The notes: a model not told the origin generated them from the sequence alone. A DNA stretch of 64,000 nucleotides from Ktedonobacteraceae bacterium (GCA_035534255.1 DATLSI010000013.1:60-64059); one strand, 5' to 3'. Counted from the first letter of the stretch, positions 19,601 through 28,296 are shown. Program-made: numbers and translations.

Positions 19601-19963
19601 TTCGTCGCGGCGGAAGAAAATGGCTACGTCGTTGCTCTCGAAACTACGCTAACGCCAGAACTGCGCGAAGAAGGGCTTGTGCGCGACCTGACACATTATG
19701 TGCAGGACATGCGCAAGAAAGCCGGACTCAACATTGAGGATCACATCGCGCTGGCGCTGTATACCACCAGCCAGGAACTGGCCGATATGTTAAAGCATTA
19801 CACTGAGTCCCTGCAGGCTGAGACACTGGCCGCTACGCTTGATATCCAGGTGCAGCAGCCACCAGCACACATCTCTGACGAGTTCTACCGAGAAGCCATC
19901 TCGCCGAATTCGCTGAAAAAGTTGGAAAATTATAGCATCGAAGTGGTTCTGCGCAAAATATAG
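16664..19963 (+). CDS. ileS: isoleucine--tRNA ligase
   Basis: 1099 aa. HIGH-like PMGVHHAWG and KMSKS-like MHKSKGN. CP1 editing insertion. Cys knuckles WCPRC, CWRC, CEQC and CKSC. Preceded by an Ile T-box. Confidence 0.95.
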   Translation: MSVKSSVFKPVTAADRVDYPALENAIQRWWDEQGILRQYTRRNDHSDKQFSFLDGPITANNPMGVHHAWGRTYKDLYQRFKTMQGFKQRYQNGFDCQGLWVEVEVEKELGFTSKLDIEAFGIAEFVQLCKERVFKFANRMIEQSVRLGYWMDWGNDYYTLSDENNYTIWMFLKKCYEQGLIYKGHDVMTWCPRCATGISNMETLSEDYQEKKHLSLYVRFPLQDRPPGEYLLVWTTTPWTLAANVAAAVHPDLAYAKVEQEGEFYYLAEELLPVLKALKGRDKGDFHVVETLKGSDMVGWRYSGPFDELPAEQGVEHKVIPWKDVSAAEGTGIVHIAPGCGREDFGLGKEFNLAVIAPIDEFGVYTGGYDWLTGKSVSDVPEAIADNLTQKGLLYRGQMYAHRYPVCWRCKTELIFRLVDEWYISMEQLRYEIMNSVKQARWIPSFGFDREMDWLRNMEDWMVSKKRYWGLALPIYDCEQCGTFEVIGSENELKERAVSGWEEFEGHTPHRPFVDAVKIRCKSCGAVVSRIKDVGNPWLDAGIVPFSTLNYRSNREYWRQWFPADFVTESFPGQFKNWFYSMLVMSTVLEKTSPFKTLFGYGTLLGEDGTPMHKSKGNLVVFDDAAERVGADTMRWLFSNHVPEQNLNFPRIPTDEDMEKAAQTGVPVRLSEKWMLVRRALNKIWNVYGFLVTYANIDGFDPTRYSMPAAQRSELDRWILSELQQTIRAVTEGLEQYDSAKPSAVMQDFLEDLSNWYLRRSRERFWKTGTDNDKIAAYLTLYECLTTLVTLLAPFLPFVTEELYQNLVRSVDPQAAASVHLRDWPQVNEELIDEALTRETHLVMRVVGLGHSAREKAQIKVRQPLNALYVRAAHAGEEEALQRLQGQVLEELNIKQLRLMSDDSDMLAYTLKPQVRVLGPKYGPLVQKILVKFKALDAHGALQAARTLAENGSLQFTLEGQQIELTKDEVEVIASARPGFVAAEENGYVVALETTLTPELREEGLVRDLTHYVQDMRKKAGLNIEDHIALALYTTSQELADMLKHYTESLQAETLAATLDIQVQQPPAHISDEFYREAISPNSLKKLENYSIEVVLRKI

Positions 19964-19965
19964 CT

Positions 19966-20017
19966 GGAAGGGTAACTTGCACTGCATCATACATGAGCCA
20001 GTGCAAGTTACCCTTCC
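19966..20017 (+). terminator. perfect 19-bp stem hairpin after ileS (no T-tract)
   Basis: GGAAGGGTAACTTGCACTG (19966-19984) and CAGTGCAAGTTACCCTTCC (19999-20017) with a 14-nt loop. The stem ends 3 nt before ATG 20021. Confidence 0.5.
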
Positions 20018-20020
20018 ATC

Positions 20021-21217
20021 ATGAAGAAGGCACTCATGCAAGACCGAGGAACAGCATGGAAAGAGGCGGGGTGGGTATTCGCGCTCAGTCGCCTGGTGAT
20101 CCTGCTCATAAGCTATATCAGCGTTGCATTCTTTCCTCAAGCGGGTCAGGTCGCGCCGCTGAACTGCTCGGCCACTTTTGGCCCGTGCCTGGGAGCGTGG
20201 TATCACCTGGATGCTGTTGCTTACGTAAATATCGCGCAACATGGCTACACGCACCTGCCTGATACAGCTTTTTTCCCTTTCTGGCCATTGCTAGAACACC
20301 TGGGCGGCATCCTGCTGGGTGCATCTTTCCCCAACTCCTACTACCTGGCGGGCATCTTGCTGGCGAATATCTGCTTTTTTTTCGCGCTTGTGCTGCTGTA
20401 CAGACTGCTGGCAGAGGATTTCGAGGTCAGTACAGCGCGCCGCGCCCTGTTCTACCTGGCATTCTCGCCATACGCGCTGTTCTTCTTCGCGGGCTACACC
20501 GAGTCTCTTTTTCTTTTATTGACCCTCGCCTTATTCCTGGTATTGCGCCGGGGCAAGGTGCTTGACTGGTGGCTGGCCGGCCTGTTGGGGTTACTGGCAA
20601 CCGCTACGCGTTCAACCGGTATCATGCTGGCCATCCCATTTCTGGTAATCTACCTCCAGCGTTTCTGGACACCATCACAACGGGCCTCGCACTCGTGGGG
20701 ACAGAAGATCAACGCGCTGCTGCCCATCGTCTTGATTCCAATGGGAGTCGTAGTCTACATGATCTTCCTTTTCATCACAAAAAGCAACCCGCTGCTCTTC
20801 ATTCAACAGGAAACTTCATTCGGCTGGCATCGTCACTTTACTTTTCCCTGGGTCGGCATCGTCAACACGATAGGCACAATTTTCAGCACAGCGCCCCTGA
20901 GCAGTTTTCACCTGCAAAATATACTCGACCTGGCATTTACGCTCATACCACTGGCGGTGCTGGCTATGGGATGGAGGCGCTTACCGCTCTCATATACGCT
21001 CTTTTCGCTGGGAGTCATCCTGTTCACGCTCAGTTTTCCGCAGAGCGTGGAACCCCTGGCATCACTGCCTCGCTATATGCTGATCCTGTTTCCGGTCACG
21101 GCAGCGCTGGCTTTCTGGGGCGAACGCGAACGCTTTCGTCAACTGGTGCTAGTGTTTTCGCTGGCATTGCTGGCGATCAATATTGTGTTGTTTATTTCGC
21201 ATTACTGGGTCGCATAG
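20021..21217 (+). CDS. polytopic membrane protein, PIG-V/GT-C-like glycosyltransferase candidate
   Basis: At least 9 hydrophobic segments. The N-terminal WYHLDAVAYVNIAQHGY...AFFPFWPLL pattern resembles bacterial Mannosyl_trans2 (PIG-V-like) proteins. Confidence 0.55.
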   Translation: MKKALMQDRGTAWKEAGWVFALSRLVILLISYISVAFFPQAGQVAPLNCSATFGPCLGAWYHLDAVAYVNIAQHGYTHLPDTAFFPFWPLLEHLGGILLGASFPNSYYLAGILLANICFFFALVLLYRLLAEDFEVSTARRALFYLAFSPYALFFFAGYTESLFLLLTLALFLVLRRGKVLDWWLAGLLGLLATATRSTGIMLAIPFLVIYLQRFWTPSQRASHSWGQKINALLPIVLIPMGVVVYMIFLFITKSNPLLFIQQETSFGWHRHFTFPWVGIVNTIGTIFSTAPLSSFHLQNILDLAFTLIPLAVLAMGWRRLPLSYTLFSLGVILFTLSFPQSVEPLASLPRYMLILFPVTAALAFWGERERFRQLVLVFSLALLAINIVLFISHYWVA

Positions 21218-21336
21218 CCAGGAGGTACACTTGTACGGAGAAGCCTTGCTCTCCTGCCCCACATTTCATACAATAGGAAAGATTGTTTTGATATACAAAG
21301 ATATATGTGTATTTCTGATATAAGGGTTTGATATAC

Positions 21337-22806
21337 ATGCTAACGGTGAAGGAAATACAACGAGAGAAGAAACTGGTAGCCCTCTCGTCGGTTGGAGCGG
21401 CCATCGGTTTGACGAGCATCAAGATCGTTGTGGCCTTGTTGACGGGCAGCCTGGGCATACTGGCCGAAGCCGCCCATTCAGGCCTGGACCTGGTGGCATC
21501 CTTGATGACCTACTTCGCTGTGCGCGTCGCTGACCGGCCTCCTGACGCGACCCATCACTACGGGCATGGCAAGGTTGAAAACCTTTCGGCGTTTATGGAA
21601 GCCGGCCTGCTCATGCTCACTGCGCTGTGGGTCATCTACGAGGCTGTGCGCCGCTTGCTCTTTCACGAGGGCCATGTTGATGCCAGCATCTGGGCTTTTC
21701 TGGTGATGCTCCTCGCCATCGCTGTCGATTTCACGCGCTCGCGAGCGCTGAAGCGTGTAGCTCGCAAGCTGGGCAGCCAGGCGTTGGAGGCCGACGCGCT
21801 GCACTTCAGCACGGATATCTGGAGTTCCGCCGTCGTCATTGCTGGCTTGCTCGTGGTTCGCTTATCGCAAAGTTTTCAGTTACCGGCGTGGTTTGGACAG
21901 GCCGATGCCATAGCCGCGCTGGGCGTCTCCGCCATTGTCATCTGGGTCAGCGTGCGTTTAGTCAAAGAAACGATTGACGCGCTGCTTGACCGCGCCCCCG
22001 ATGCCCTGGCTAAACAAGTCGAAACATCAATCGCGCAGGTGGAAGGCGTGACCGAGGTGCGCAGGATTCGCGAGCGCCGTGCAGGTAATAAGCTCTTCGC
22101 CGACGTGGTGATTGGCGCGCCGCGTACTTATACCTTCGAACAAATCCATGCTCTCAGCGAGCAGGTTGAGCAAGCCGCCACGCGGGGAGCGCGCAGCATC
22201 TCCCCACAGGGCGAAGTAGATGTGCTGGTTCACGTCGAGCCAACCGCCTCACCCGGTGAATCGGTGATCGACCAGATACATTACCTGGCGGAATTACAGG
22301 GCGTACACGCGCACGATATCCACGTGCGCGAGGTCAACGGGCAATTAGAAGCCGATTTCGACATCGAGGTACATGCAGATGTAGATTTGCAGGAAGCACA
22401 CAAAGAGGCCAGTCGCCTGGAACAGGCCATCCTGCAAAACAATCCCCACGTGCGCCGCGTGACCACGCACCTTGAAGCGCCCGCCGAGAAGATTGTGCGC
22501 CGCCAGGATGTCACTCCATTCTATACTGAAATGGCAGAGCGCATCATTGAACTTGCCGATGTAGTCGCGGGCGAAGGAAGCGCGCACGATGTTCACCTGT
22601 ATCGGCCAGCCACCACGCAATTAGAACTTACGAATGGTGCAAACAATCACCGCGAAGAACTCGACCTTGTGCTGCATACCATATTCGACCCGCATATCCC
22701 ACTGAGCCAGGCTCACATTCAGGCAGAGGAAATCAAACGTTCCTTGCGCAAAGAATATCCCGCTCTCGGATCGATAGCGATCCATACGGAGCCACCAGAA
22801 AACTGA
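21337..22806 (+). CDS. cation diffusion facilitator (CDF) transporter with extended, triplicated cytoplasmic tail
   Basis: TM domain has HSGLDL and ALHFSTD metal-site motifs. Three successive alpha/beta modules follow, each ending in an H-x-E-P-like motif (LVHVEP, THLEAP, IHTEPP). Start placed at ATG 21337; the track gives TTG 21328. Confidence 0.8.
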   Translation: MLTVKEIQREKKLVALSSVGAAIGLTSIKIVVALLTGSLGILAEAAHSGLDLVASLMTYFAVRVADRPPDATHHYGHGKVENLSAFMEAGLLMLTALWVIYEAVRRLLFHEGHVDASIWAFLVMLLAIAVDFTRSRALKRVARKLGSQALEADALHFSTDIWSSAVVIAGLLVVRLSQSFQLPAWFGQADAIAALGVSAIVIWVSVRLVKETIDALLDRAPDALAKQVETSIAQVEGVTEVRRIRERRAGNKLFADVVIGAPRTYTFEQIHALSEQVEQAATRGARSISPQGEVDVLVHVEPTASPGESVIDQIHYLAELQGVHAHDIHVREVNGQLEADFDIEVHADVDLQEAHKEASRLEQAILQNNPHVRRVTTHLEAPAEKIVRRQDVTPFYTEMAERIIELADVVAGEGSAHDVHLYRPATTQLELTNGANNHREELDLVLHTIFDPHIPLSQAHIQAEEIKRSLRKEYPALGSIAIHTEPPEN

Positions 22807-22832
22807 TGTTCAGACCACCATAACAAAAACAT

Positions 22833-22873
22833 CCCTGCTGCACGCGACGCGAGAAGCTTCTTCTACAGCAGGG
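22833..22873. terminator. hairpin between convergent genes
   Basis: CCCTGCTG (22833-22840) and CAGCAGGG (22866-22873). The 25-nt loop is large, so the call is weak. Confidence 0.35.
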
Positions 22874-22900
22874 CTAAGAAACGATGGCTCCAAAAAAACA

Positions 22901-23263
22901 TCAGGTGCGGAAGGCGCGGCGCACATTGGAGTCAAGCAGCAGGTAAAGCAGGATAATTACCGAGATTATCAAGCCTCCGGTGCCCCGCGAGCCATTATTT
23001 CCAAGACCAAAGATATGATTGATGATGCTAAGGGCTTCCAGTATCACAGCGGTCCAGAATGCCCAGGGTCTCAGATTCCACAAACCCCAGGCCAGAATCA
23101 ACGAGAGGATGCCGATAACCAGAGGAATCCAGCCAACGAAAAATAAAAAACCAGTTCCTGATACTCCTCCTGCCAGAACCGCGGTCAGACCAACTACAAT
23201 CAAGAGTACAGCCTGAATGCCTAGCAGGATAGAGATAATGGTGACGCCGAGCGGTCGTGACAT
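22901..23263 (-). CDS. small integral membrane protein
   Basis: 120 aa with four hydrophobic segments. No family recognised. Confidence 0.6.
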   Translation of the reverse strand: MSRPLGVTIISILLGIQAVLLIVVGLTAVLAGGVSGTGFLFFVGWIPLVIGILSLILAWGLWNLRPWAFWTAVILEALSIINHIFGLGNNGSRGTGGLIISVIILLYLLLDSNVRRAFRT

Positions 23264-23496
23264 GTTGCCCTCCGTTCATAAATTCATACGACCTGGAACA
23301 ACAATACTTTGATGTGACCCATCCTTGCAAGGGCAATGAAAAGGGTAAGCGTGGCCTCGTCATCCGGTGTATAGGAGATGGCTCCTGACTCAATGATACA
23401 ATAAAGTAGTGCTATTTTCAAACATCACGTATTCACTCACGCAAAACGATAATGGCTATAAAAAGTGGTTGGATCGCCAGTTAAGGAGCAAGGTTA

Positions 23497-24783
23497 ATGT
23501 CGTCCAGTCAAAACGCGAAAGTAAACGATACTTCAACACTTAATGCATCTGCGCGGAAAAAAGACAATGTTGCGCCAACCATGGATCGCAAATTGATGTG
23601 GGTTATGGCAGTGACGTGCGCGTTGACGGTCGCCAACATTTATTACATTCAGCCCTTGCTTGCCGACATCGCACAGAGTTTTGCAGTCGCGCAAGGAACA
23701 GCAGGAGTTATCGCGACCCTTTCACAGGTTGGATTTGTATTTGGGCTGATCCTGATTCTTCCCCTTGGCGACGCCTTTGAGAGGCGGCATCTAGTTCCGC
23801 TTGCAATGTGTGCGGTCACAATTGCGCTCATTGCCACGGCTCTTGCTCCCAGCATTGTTTTTCTGGCGGTCGCGAGCTTTGCCGTTGGTGTAACAAGCGT
23901 TGTTCCACAGATCATTGTCCCTTTCGCCGCTACCCTCGCCGCCCCACGCGAACGCGGTCGGGTTGTCGGAACTATCATGAGTGGATTACTGATTGGAATA
24001 CTGCTCGCGCGCACCGTGAGTGGCTTTGTTGGCGCGCAATTTGGATGGCGAACCATGTATTGGATCGCTGCTGGCATGACACTGGCGCTGACATTTATAC
24101 TCCGGTTACTCTTACCAAAAGAGCGACCGAGTACGCATATCAGTTATCCTCAATTACTGCGCTCGCTGTGGGGTTTCGCCCGCTCTGAACCAGTTGTGCG
24201 TGAAACAGGGCTTTTCGGAGCTATGGCCTTCGGTGCGTTCAGCGCTTTCTGGGTGACGCTTTCTTTTTTTCTCTCGACGCCGCCCTATCACTATGGAAGC
24301 ACCGTAGCCGGGCTGTTCGGGCTGGTTGGACTGGTGGGCGCGCTTGCAGCATCAGTAGTGGGCAGGCTTTCCGATCGTATGAACCCGCGCATCATTAGCG
24401 GGGTGGTGATTGTATGTACGCTTGTCTCATTCAGCATATTCTGGGTGGGAGGACACTGGCTATGGGGGCTGATTATCGGGGTTATTCTACTTGATCTTGG
24501 TGTGCAGGGAACCCACATTTCGAACCAATCCCGTATCTATCGTCTCAATCCAGAGGCTCGAAGTCGCTTGAACACTGTATACATGGTTTTTTACTTCCTT
24601 GGTGGTTCACTCGGCTCACTGTTGGGCGCATACGGCTGGAGCATTGCGCGTTGGAATGGCGTGTGCGTGGTAGGAGTAACCATGGTTGGTATCTCGCTCA
24701 CCACCTATATAATCGGGAGCATCCGCGAAGGAAAACACCTGGGCGAGGGCAGAGATGCAACCCGGACCCTGGATGCTCGGTGA
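23497..24783 (+). CDS. MFS transporter
   Basis: 428 aa with about 12 TM segments. MFS loop 2-3 motif LGDAFERR. Confidence 0.85.
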   Translation: MSSSQNAKVNDTSTLNASARKKDNVAPTMDRKLMWVMAVTCALTVANIYYIQPLLADIAQSFAVAQGTAGVIATLSQVGFVFGLILILPLGDAFERRHLVPLAMCAVTIALIATALAPSIVFLAVASFAVGVTSVVPQIIVPFAATLAAPRERGRVVGTIMSGLLIGILLARTVSGFVGAQFGWRTMYWIAAGMTLALTFILRLLLPKERPSTHISYPQLLRSLWGFARSEPVVRETGLFGAMAFGAFSAFWVTLSFFLSTPPYHYGSTVAGLFGLVGLVGALAASVVGRLSDRMNPRIISGVVIVCTLVSFSIFWVGGHWLWGLIIGVILLDLGVQGTHISNQSRIYRLNPEARSRLNTVYMVFYFLGGSLGSLLGAYGWSIARWNGVCVVGVTMVGISLTTYIIGSIREGKHLGEGRDATRTLDAR

Positions 24784-24863
24784 ATTGAAGCACCGTGAAG
24801 CATCGTAAGGCACGCTACCGGTATGCGGCTCTGCCCTCGCCCTGCTGTTTTCCTCGACCGGTA

Positions 24864-25883
24864 TTACAGTTCGGCGTTGGTATACGCCTGTGCTAGATTT
24901 GTCACAGGTGGGATAATCTTCATAGAAACCAGGAATTGCGTCATGGCCTGCCACGTCGCGCTATCGTTATAGCCCGCGGGATGTTGCGCGCTTCCCTGCC
25001 AGAAAGGGAGGGTTGCCTGTAACACCGCCGTCGCGTTCGCAACGTTCAATCCAGGAATGTAGTTTTTGCTGATCTGAATGGCTTGAGATGGATTGGCGAT
25101 GACATCTTGAACGCCTTTAAGGGTGGCCTGCACAAAAGCCTTGACCATCTGTGGCTGATTATGCAGCGTATCCTCGGTGGTAATCAGACCATTGGACACC
25201 AGGGGTTGATAATCGGAGACGTTGAAGGTACGTACAAGCATGCCCTGCTTTTGTAACTGCAATGGCTCGTTATTGGAATAGCCAACTACGGCATCGAAGC
25301 GATGGGCCAGCAAAGCGCTGACCTGGGTAAAGCCTATAGACTGGACATGCACATCTGAAAGTGACAGGTGGACAGAGTTCAGCAGAGCCAGCAGACCGAC
25401 ATACGTCGCGCCAAATGCTCCAGGCTCACCGATAGTATGCCCTTTGATATCTGCCAGCGTGTGTATAGATGAACTGGCCGGAACAATCAAGCTGACCGGA
25501 TAGCGTTGATAGATAGTGGCCACGTCAACCACCGGCAGGTTTTTGCTGCGCGCCACCATTTCTTCATCGCCTGTGGCAAAGACAAAAGTTTCGTGACCCA
25601 GGGCCAGCGAACCGATCAGGTCATTTACAAAACCGTTGTTAAAGGTGACATTCAAGCCGGCAGCCTTGTAGTAGCCCTTGCTTTGCGCGTCGTAAAATGG
25701 CGCAAATTGAATGTCTGGTATATAGCCGAAGGCAATGGAAACGTTGGTCAACTGACCCGGCGTGGGTGTTGTATTCGTGCTGCCAGTCGTGTTGCTACTG
25801 CCGCAACCGGCCAGCAACATCGACGCCAGAGCCAGCAACATGAAAAATGACGCAAAGAATGACCTACGGTAACGAGTATGCAT
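24864..25883 (-). CDS. ABC transporter substrate-binding lipoprotein, NMT1/THI5 (ThiY/SsuA)-like
   Basis: Lipobox LLAGCGSS and an NMT1-like N-domain (IAFGYIPDIQFAPFYDAQSKGYYKAAGLNV). Start moved to ATG 25883, which has GGAGAG upstream. Confidence 0.85.
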   Translation of the reverse strand: MHTRYRRSFFASFFMLLALASMLLAGCGSSNTTGSTNTTPTPGQLTNVSIAFGYIPDIQFAPFYDAQSKGYYKAAGLNVTFNNGFVNDLIGSLALGHETFVFATGDEEMVARSKNLPVVDVATIYQRYPVSLIVPASSSIHTLADIKGHTIGEPGAFGATYVGLLALLNSVHLSLSDVHVQSIGFTQVSALLAHRFDAVVGYSNNEPLQLQKQGMLVRTFNVSDYQPLVSNGLITTEDTLHNQPQMVKAFVQATLKGVQDVIANPSQAIQISKNYIPGLNVANATAVLQATLPFWQGSAQHPAGYNDSATWQAMTQFLVSMKIIPPVTNLAQAYTNAEL

Positions 25884-25919
25884 CGGTATTTCTCTCCAAT
25901 CGATTGTTGTGTGCATAAG

Positions 25920-26795
25920 CTAGTAGACCCTGTACGCTAATTTCGTTAGCGCCCAGGATAAGCCAAAGTAAAGGGTTGCCAGGCAAGCCATGACGATCAA
26001 GGTCGCGAATAGCAACGCGCTATCGAACTGGTTACGCGCCGAAAGCACCAGCGAACCAAGTCCCTGGTCCCCCTGGTTGATAAATTCGCCCACAATCGCG
26101 CCCACAATCGAAAGTGTGAGACCTGTGCGAATGGCGGCAAGGATGGCTGGCAGGGCCAGGGGAAACTCGATGTGCGCCAGCATGGGCCATCCGAACGCTC
26201 CCTCGACGCGCGCTGCATCAACAAGGCTGTGGTCGATGGTCTGATAACCCAGGGCGATAGTTATCACCATTGGGAACAACACTACCAGCATGCATAGGAT
26301 GAAAATGGGAATCAGGTCGTAACCCAACCACAGTTGAAGCAGCGGAAAGATTACGATAGCGGGTATGGCCTGGCCTGCCGCGAGATAGGGCTGAACGGTG
26401 GCAGCGAACAGGCGCGACCTGGCAATGCCGTATCCCAGGGGCATGGCGATAACCAGCGCCAACGCAAATCCCAGCAGACTTTCCTCGATCGTCACCAGCG
26501 CGTTGCTGAGAAACAATCCTGATGCGATACCAGCGGTTAAGGAGGAAAAAACATCACCGGGCGCGGGCAAAATCAGGCTGTTGACATGCCCGTAAGTGGA
26601 ACCCAGATACCAGACCGCCAGTACGAATATGGCGAGCAGAATGGGTGGAGCAATCAACAACACACGCTGCATCATGGCCTGCGTCGCCTGTCCGCGCTGC
26701 AAAATGGATGCATGCGGCCTGCGCGGCCCGTCAACTGGCTCTGTTGTGGCTAAATCCAGCGCCAGCTCATCTGGAAAAGTCGTCTTTACACTCAT
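25920..26795 (-). CDS. ABC transporter permease (NitT/TauT family)
   Basis: 6 TM segments. EAA-like loop VDAARVEGAFGWPMLAHIEFPLALP. Confidence 0.85.
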   Translation of the reverse strand: MSVKTTFPDELALDLATTEPVDGPRRPHASILQRGQATQAMMQRVLLIAPPILLAIFVLAVWYLGSTYGHVNSLILPAPGDVFSSLTAGIASGLFLSNALVTIEESLLGFALALVIAMPLGYGIARSRLFAATVQPYLAAGQAIPAIVIFPLLQLWLGYDLIPIFILCMLVVLFPMVITIALGYQTIDHSLVDAARVEGAFGWPMLAHIEFPLALPAILAAIRTGLTLSIVGAIVGEFINQGDQGLGSLVLSARNQFDSALLFATLIVMACLATLYFGLSWALTKLAYRVY

Positions 26796-26997
26796 TGACT
26801 TCCCTCGGTCTTAGCTCTACCGACCGTCTTTCCAACCCAAACAGGTAGAAAAGAGCAGTCAATTCAACTGACCCTGGGAGGCTTGTGAGGGAGACAAAAG
26901 GAGAGCAACACGGAGCAGCCTACCCCTGAGCAGGGGATAGACTCATTACTCCACCGCTTCTCTGCGACAGAGTAGATAGAATCCGCCTGTATGCTAA

Positions 26998-27156
26998 ACC
27001 TTCTCCCATCCGGACTGTACCGTCGGCTTCGGCTTTGCACCGAATCTGTCGCAAAGCTGACCATTATACATGGCAACTAAGCGGCTCGCGGGCTTGGTGA
27101 ACGTTTACGTAGACGCACCTTACCGCCGGTCGGGAATTGCACCCTGCCCCGAAGGT
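26998..27156 (-). promoter_or_regulatory. candidate cobalamin (B12) riboswitch aptamer
   Basis: Read on the minus strand. P1 is ACCUUC...GAAGGU. GGUGCAAUUCC matches GGUGnAAnUCC. CGGCGGUAAGGUGCG is close to E. coli btuB GCAGCGGUAAGG..GGUGCG. There is an internal GCCAU..AUGGUCAGC hairpin. A B12-box-like CAGUCCGGAUG lies just before the 3' P1 strand. Not confirmed with a covariance model. Confidence 0.55.
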
Positions 27157-27216
27157 CTCTATGTATAGTATGTCACATTTCCCCGGAAATTTGCAAGAGA
27201 TGATTTGTAGCTGTCT

Positions 27217-27957
27217 CTAGCGATTTTCGGTACGATGGAACTCTTCGGCATACTCAACCCAGTATTTTTTACCGAGGTCGGCTGTGCGCGAGCGCACCAT
27301 CTTTGCCAACTCCTCTGTACGGCCAATGAACTGGCTCTGGTGGCAGAGGAGCGCGTCGATCTTCTTTTCCATCGTTTCAGCGACATCAACAAAGAAGTTG
27401 ACGTGCGGCGCGCCCATCATGTAGACTTCCTTCACCTTATGCGGTCTCAACCCTTCGTCCAACAATTCGGGGAAGTCCCAGGGATTCTGTGAGGCCGGGT
27501 AAATGGCCATAATGGTTGCCTGACCTGCCGCCAGGTGATCGGGATGATAGCGCCCGATGGCCATGACTGGCTCCCACGTGCGATCAGGCGATTGGCAAAT
27601 CACACGCCTGGGTCGATAGGTACGCAGAAGACGCACGATATCGCGCCGCAACTCGTAGTTAGGCTGCAAAAGTCCATCGGGATAATCAAGAAAGATGACA
27701 TCTTTCAATCCTAGTACCGCACCCGCCGCGCGCTGCTCGCGCTTGCGCGTCTCGGTGACAAGTCTGCGGGCAGCCGGGCCAACATCGGTGGCTTCATCCG
27801 GGCCACCGCCCGACGCATCGGTGCAGATCACATAGTAGACATCCCAGCCCTCATTCACCCACTTTGCAGCCGTGCCGGCCGCGCCAAATTCGGCATCATC
27901 CGGATGCGCCACGATAACCATGGCTACATCTGGTTGCGCTTGTCGTTGTTCGCTCAC
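27217..27957 (-). CDS. PIG-L/LmbE family deacetylase
   Basis: Signature VIVAHPDDAEFGAAGT plus the downstream HPDH motif. Confidence 0.85.
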   Translation of the reverse strand: MSEQRQAQPDVAMVIVAHPDDAEFGAAGTAAKWVNEGWDVYYVICTDASGGGPDEATDVGPAARRLVTETRKREQRAAGAVLGLKDVIFLDYPDGLLQPNYELRRDIVRLLRTYRPRRVICQSPDRTWEPVMAIGRYHPDHLAAGQATIMAIYPASQNPWDFPELLDEGLRPHKVKEVYMMGAPHVNFFVDVAETMEKKIDALLCHQSQFIGRTEELAKMVRSRTADLGKKYWVEYAEEFHRTENR

Positions 27958-28244
27958 TCTAACATTTCTTTCTAAATTGCTTGCTTGCTGATAAACAGAC
28001 CATATGGTAGTAAATCACTTATTTCTTGTAAGCACAAGCAGTAAGCCGCCAATAGTAAAAATGCTCGAAAGAAATAACTGCCCAGGTATACGTATCGATG
28101 ACATTCCAAACTCCCTATATCAAATTTGTCCTCTTCCATTGTACCACCCAATTGCCCGTTCCATGATTACGTTGCCGTACATCAGGATGGTTTCGATAGA
28201 TTTGATAATCTACTGTGACTTATAATACTTCACTAATTACAGTA

Positions 28245-28274
28245 TTGGACATTGCGCCCGCCAAAACGTATAAT
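28245..28274 (+). promoter_or_regulatory. putative sigma-70 promoter of the F420 operon
   Basis: TTGGAC (28245-28250), an 18-nt spacer, then TATAAT (28269-28274), about 22 nt upstream of the cofE ATG. Confidence 0.4.
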
Positions 28275-28296
28275 AGCCATATCAGTGAGGAGGTCT

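Noticed and set aside
20569-21276. 235-aa alternative-frame ORF inside the membrane glycosyltransferase-like gene
   Set aside because: It is on the same strand but out of frame. Its product is hydrophilic and low-complexity, whereas the 20021..21217 frame gives regular TM segments.
26998-27156. Alternative identities for the structured leader: TPP riboswitch (expected for a ThiY/NMT1-like transporter), SAM-I riboswitch, or RNase P RNA
   Set aside because: There is no CUGAGA or ACCUGAUCUGGAUAAUGCCAGCG-type TPP core. The GGUGCAAUUCC element lies in the 5' half, whereas in SAM-I it is in the 3' half. For RNase P the order of the GGUAAG-like and AGUCCGG-like elements is reversed and the region is too short. 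The cobalamin model fits best but is still unverified.
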